Source of the DNA: Candidatus Multivorans sp.
GTDB lineage: Bacteria; Acidobacteriota; Thermoanaerobaculia; Multivoradales; Multivoraceae
Length of the DNA: 64,000 nucleotides
Assembly: GCA_965247095.1 (NCBI GenBank)
Contig: OZ251997.1
Location: 1,312,001-1,376,000 of the forward strand
Reading direction: 5' to 3'
Shown: in pieces, positions 62,021 to 64,000 of the stretch
How positions within the stretch are numbered: position 1 is the first letter of the stretch
How the letters are laid out: each line of letters opens with the position of its first letter
The notes under the pieces: generated by a model
The model's input: only the letters and a program-made list of their open reading frames with translations
The model's database searches: none
Told to the model about the DNA's origin: nothing
Program-made: the position numbers and the translations under genes

Positions 62021-62818
62021 ATGAACTACGAACGGATCCTGCTCGAACGGGACGGGAATCTCGCCGTCATCAAGCTGAACCACCCGGAGGTGCTGAACGC
62101 AACGGACGCGCAGATGGTCGCCGAAATGGGCGACGCCGTGCTGCGCATCCGCGATCCCGAAAGCGGCGTGCGCGCCCTCCTGCTCACCGGTGAGGGCCGC
62201 GCCTTCTGCTCGGGCGCCAACCTGTCCGGCCGCGGCAGCCAACCGGAGGGCGCCGTGAACCCGACCGCCCGCGAGAACCTGCGCAACAACTACCACCCCC
62301 TGCTGCTGTCGCTCCGCGACCTCGACATACCGATCGTCACGGCCGTAAACGGGGCCGCCGCGGGCGTCGGCATGAGCTTCGCCCTGATCGGCGACCTGGT
62401 CTGCGCCTCGAAGCAGGCCTTCTTCCTGCAGGCGTTCGCTCGCATCGGGCTGGTGCCCGACGGCGGCGCCACGTTCATGCTTCCGCGCCTGATCGGCTGG
62501 GGCCGCGCGGTCGAACTCTCCATGCTCGCGGAGCGTCTGCCGGCCGACAAGGCGTTCGAGTGGGGCCTGATCAACCGCCTGTACGACGACCAGGAGTCCC
62601 TGATGGAGGGCGCCACCGAGCTGGCCCACCGCCTGGCCAACGGTCCGCGCTCCCTGGGGATGATCCGCCAGGCCTACTGGGCCACCTGGCAGAACGTGTA
62701 CGAGCAACAACTCGACCTGGAGGCGAGGCTCCAGGCCGAGGCCGGCGCCACCGAGGACGCCCGGGAGGGCGTTCTCGCCTTCCTCGAGAAGCGGCCCGCT
62801 CAGTTCAAGGGACGCTGA
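62021..62818 (+). CDS. Enoyl-CoA hydratase/isomerase (PaaG-like)
   Basis: GRAFCSGANL, VNGAAAGVG, IGLVPDGG, EGVLAFLEKR. Confidence 0.92.
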   Translation: MNYERILLERDGNLAVIKLNHPEVLNATDAQMVAEMGDAVLRIRDPESGVRALLLTGEGRAFCSGANLSGRGSQPEGAVNPTARENLRNNYHPLLLSLRDLDIPIVTAVNGAAAGVGMSFALIGDLVCASKQAFFLQAFARIGLVPDGGATFMLPRLIGWGRAVELSMLAERLPADKAFEWGLINRLYDDQESLMEGATELAHRLANGPRSLGMIRQAYWATWQNVYEQQLDLEARLQAEAGATEDAREGVLAFLEKRPAQFKGR

Positions 62819-62823
62819 TCTCC

Positions 62824-64000
62824 ATGTTCGCTCGTGTGGCCGTCGTTGTTTTCCTCGCCAGCGGCGCCGCGCTGGCCGCGCAGGAGCCGGTCGAGTGGCG
62901 CCACTACGCCGCCGACCGGGCCAGCACGAAGTACTCGCCAGCGTCGCAAATCGACGCGTCGAACGTCTCGGAGCTCGAGGTTGCGTGGCGCTGGGTCACA
63001 CCCGACGGTCAGGTCGACACGAAGGCGCCGGCCGGCGACCTCAAGGGCACGCCGCTCATGGTCGGCGACACGCTCTATGCCGTGTCGGCCCTGAATCTGG
63101 TCAGCGCGGTCAACCCGGAGACCGGCGAGGAGTTGTGGACCTACGACCCCAAGGCCTACGAGCGCGGCACGCCGACCCACGGCGGCTTCACGCAGCGCGG
63201 CATCGAGTTCTGGGAACACCGCGGCATGCAGCGCATCGTGCTGGTCACCGGCACCCACCAACTCGTCTCCCTGGACGCCAAGACCGGCAAGCCCGACCTC
63301 GAGTTCGGCGAAGCCGGCATGGTCGACATGCGCAGCGACATCGGCCAGCCGGACCAGATGCGCCAGACCGGCGCCAACTCCCCGGGGATCGTCTGCGGCG
63401 ACACGATTCTGATGGGCATGACGATCATGGATTTCTCCTTGACCCAGAAGATGCCGGCCGGCCACATCCGCGGCTACGACATCCGCACGGGCAAGAAGAA
63501 GTGGGTGTTCCACACCGTGCCGCAGGGCGACGAGCCGGGGGCGGAGACCTGGCACGACGAGTCATGGCGCTACTCCGGCAACAGCAACGTGTGGTCGTGG
63601 ATGAGCTGCGACGACAGGACGGGCTGGGTCTACTTCGGCACCGGCACACCGACCAGCGACTACTACGGCGGCCACCGCCACGGCGACAACCTCTACGCCG
63701 AGAGCCTGGTCGCCATCGACACCGCGACCGGCGAAAAGAAGTGGCACTTCCAGGCGGTGCGGCACGGTCTCTGGGACTACGACTTCCCGTGCGCGCCCAT
63801 CCTGCTCGACATCGAGGTCGACGGGAAGCGCATCGAGGCGGTGGCGCAGGTCAGCAAGCAGGCCTTCACCTACGTCTTCGACCGCAAGACCGGCGAGCCG
63901 GTGTGGCCGATCGACTACCGCAAGGTGCCGGAGAGCACCGTTCCGGGGGAATGGACCGCGAGCATGCAGCCCTTCCCCACCAAGCCGCCGCCGTTCGACC
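62824..64000 (+). CDS. PQQ-dependent dehydrogenase (glucose/quinate type), runs off the window edge
   Basis: Manual translation: signal peptide, STKYSP..QI...NV..LEVAW, TPLMVG, GHIRGYDIRTG, NVWS, HGLWDYD, FDRKTGEPVWP. Confidence 0.93.
   Translation, partial: MFARVAVVVFLASGAALAAQEPVEWRHYAADRASTKYSPASQIDASNVSELEVAWRWVTPDGQVDTKAPAGDLKGTPLMVGDTLYAVSALNLVSAVNPETGEELWTYDPKAYERGTPTHGGFTQRGIEFWEHRGMQRIVLVTGTHQLVSLDAKTGKPDLEFGEAGMVDMRSDIGQPDQMRQTGANSPGIVCGDTILMGMTIMDFSLTQKMPAGHIRGYDIRTGKKKWVFHTVPQGDEPGAETWHDESWRYSGNSNVWSWMSCDDRTGWVYFGTGTPTSDYYGGHRHGDNLYAESLVAIDTATGEKKWHFQAVRHGLWDYDFPCAPILLDIEVDGKRIEAVAQVSKQAFTYVFDRKTGEPVWPIDYRKVPESTVPGEWTASMQPFPTKPPPFD

Overview
GC-rich (~70%) bacterial chromosome segment with about 55 genes. 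No rRNA, tRNA, CRISPR array or intact mobile element was seen. Left part: partial thyA, a four-gene glycosyltransferase cluster with an acyltransferase, then comM/yifB, an M23 peptidase, secA, guaB, an M24 peptidase, trxA, ribF and rimO. The rest is dominated by acyl-CoA catabolism (4 acyl-CoA dehydrogenases, 2 CaiB/BaiF CoA-transferases, an acyl-CoA ligase, an enoyl-CoA hydratase), hydrolases, a sulfur/siroheme cluster (metY, class V aminotransferase, cysH, siroheme genes), trkA and a partial PQQ dehydrogenase. Accessory genes and relics are scattered through it: vapBC, a broken RelE-like TA pair, integrase and hsdM fragments, a Uma2-like nuclease and an AAA-DUF4143 gene. The most unusual locus is 35.4-38.3 kb, where an aldehyde:ferredoxin oxidoreductase homologue shortened by three apparent in-frame deletions precedes a MoaD/ThiS ubiquitin-like domain whose di-Gly runs in frame into an APH-type kinase. 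Also notable are an unannotated promoter-small ORF-terminator unit at 8.65-9.0 kb, a two-hairpin repeat in front of two unrelated genes, a nested A-A-B-B CBS protein, a bidirectional leaderless promoter and frequent leaderless gene starts. Calls come from motif recognition by eye; no database searches were run.
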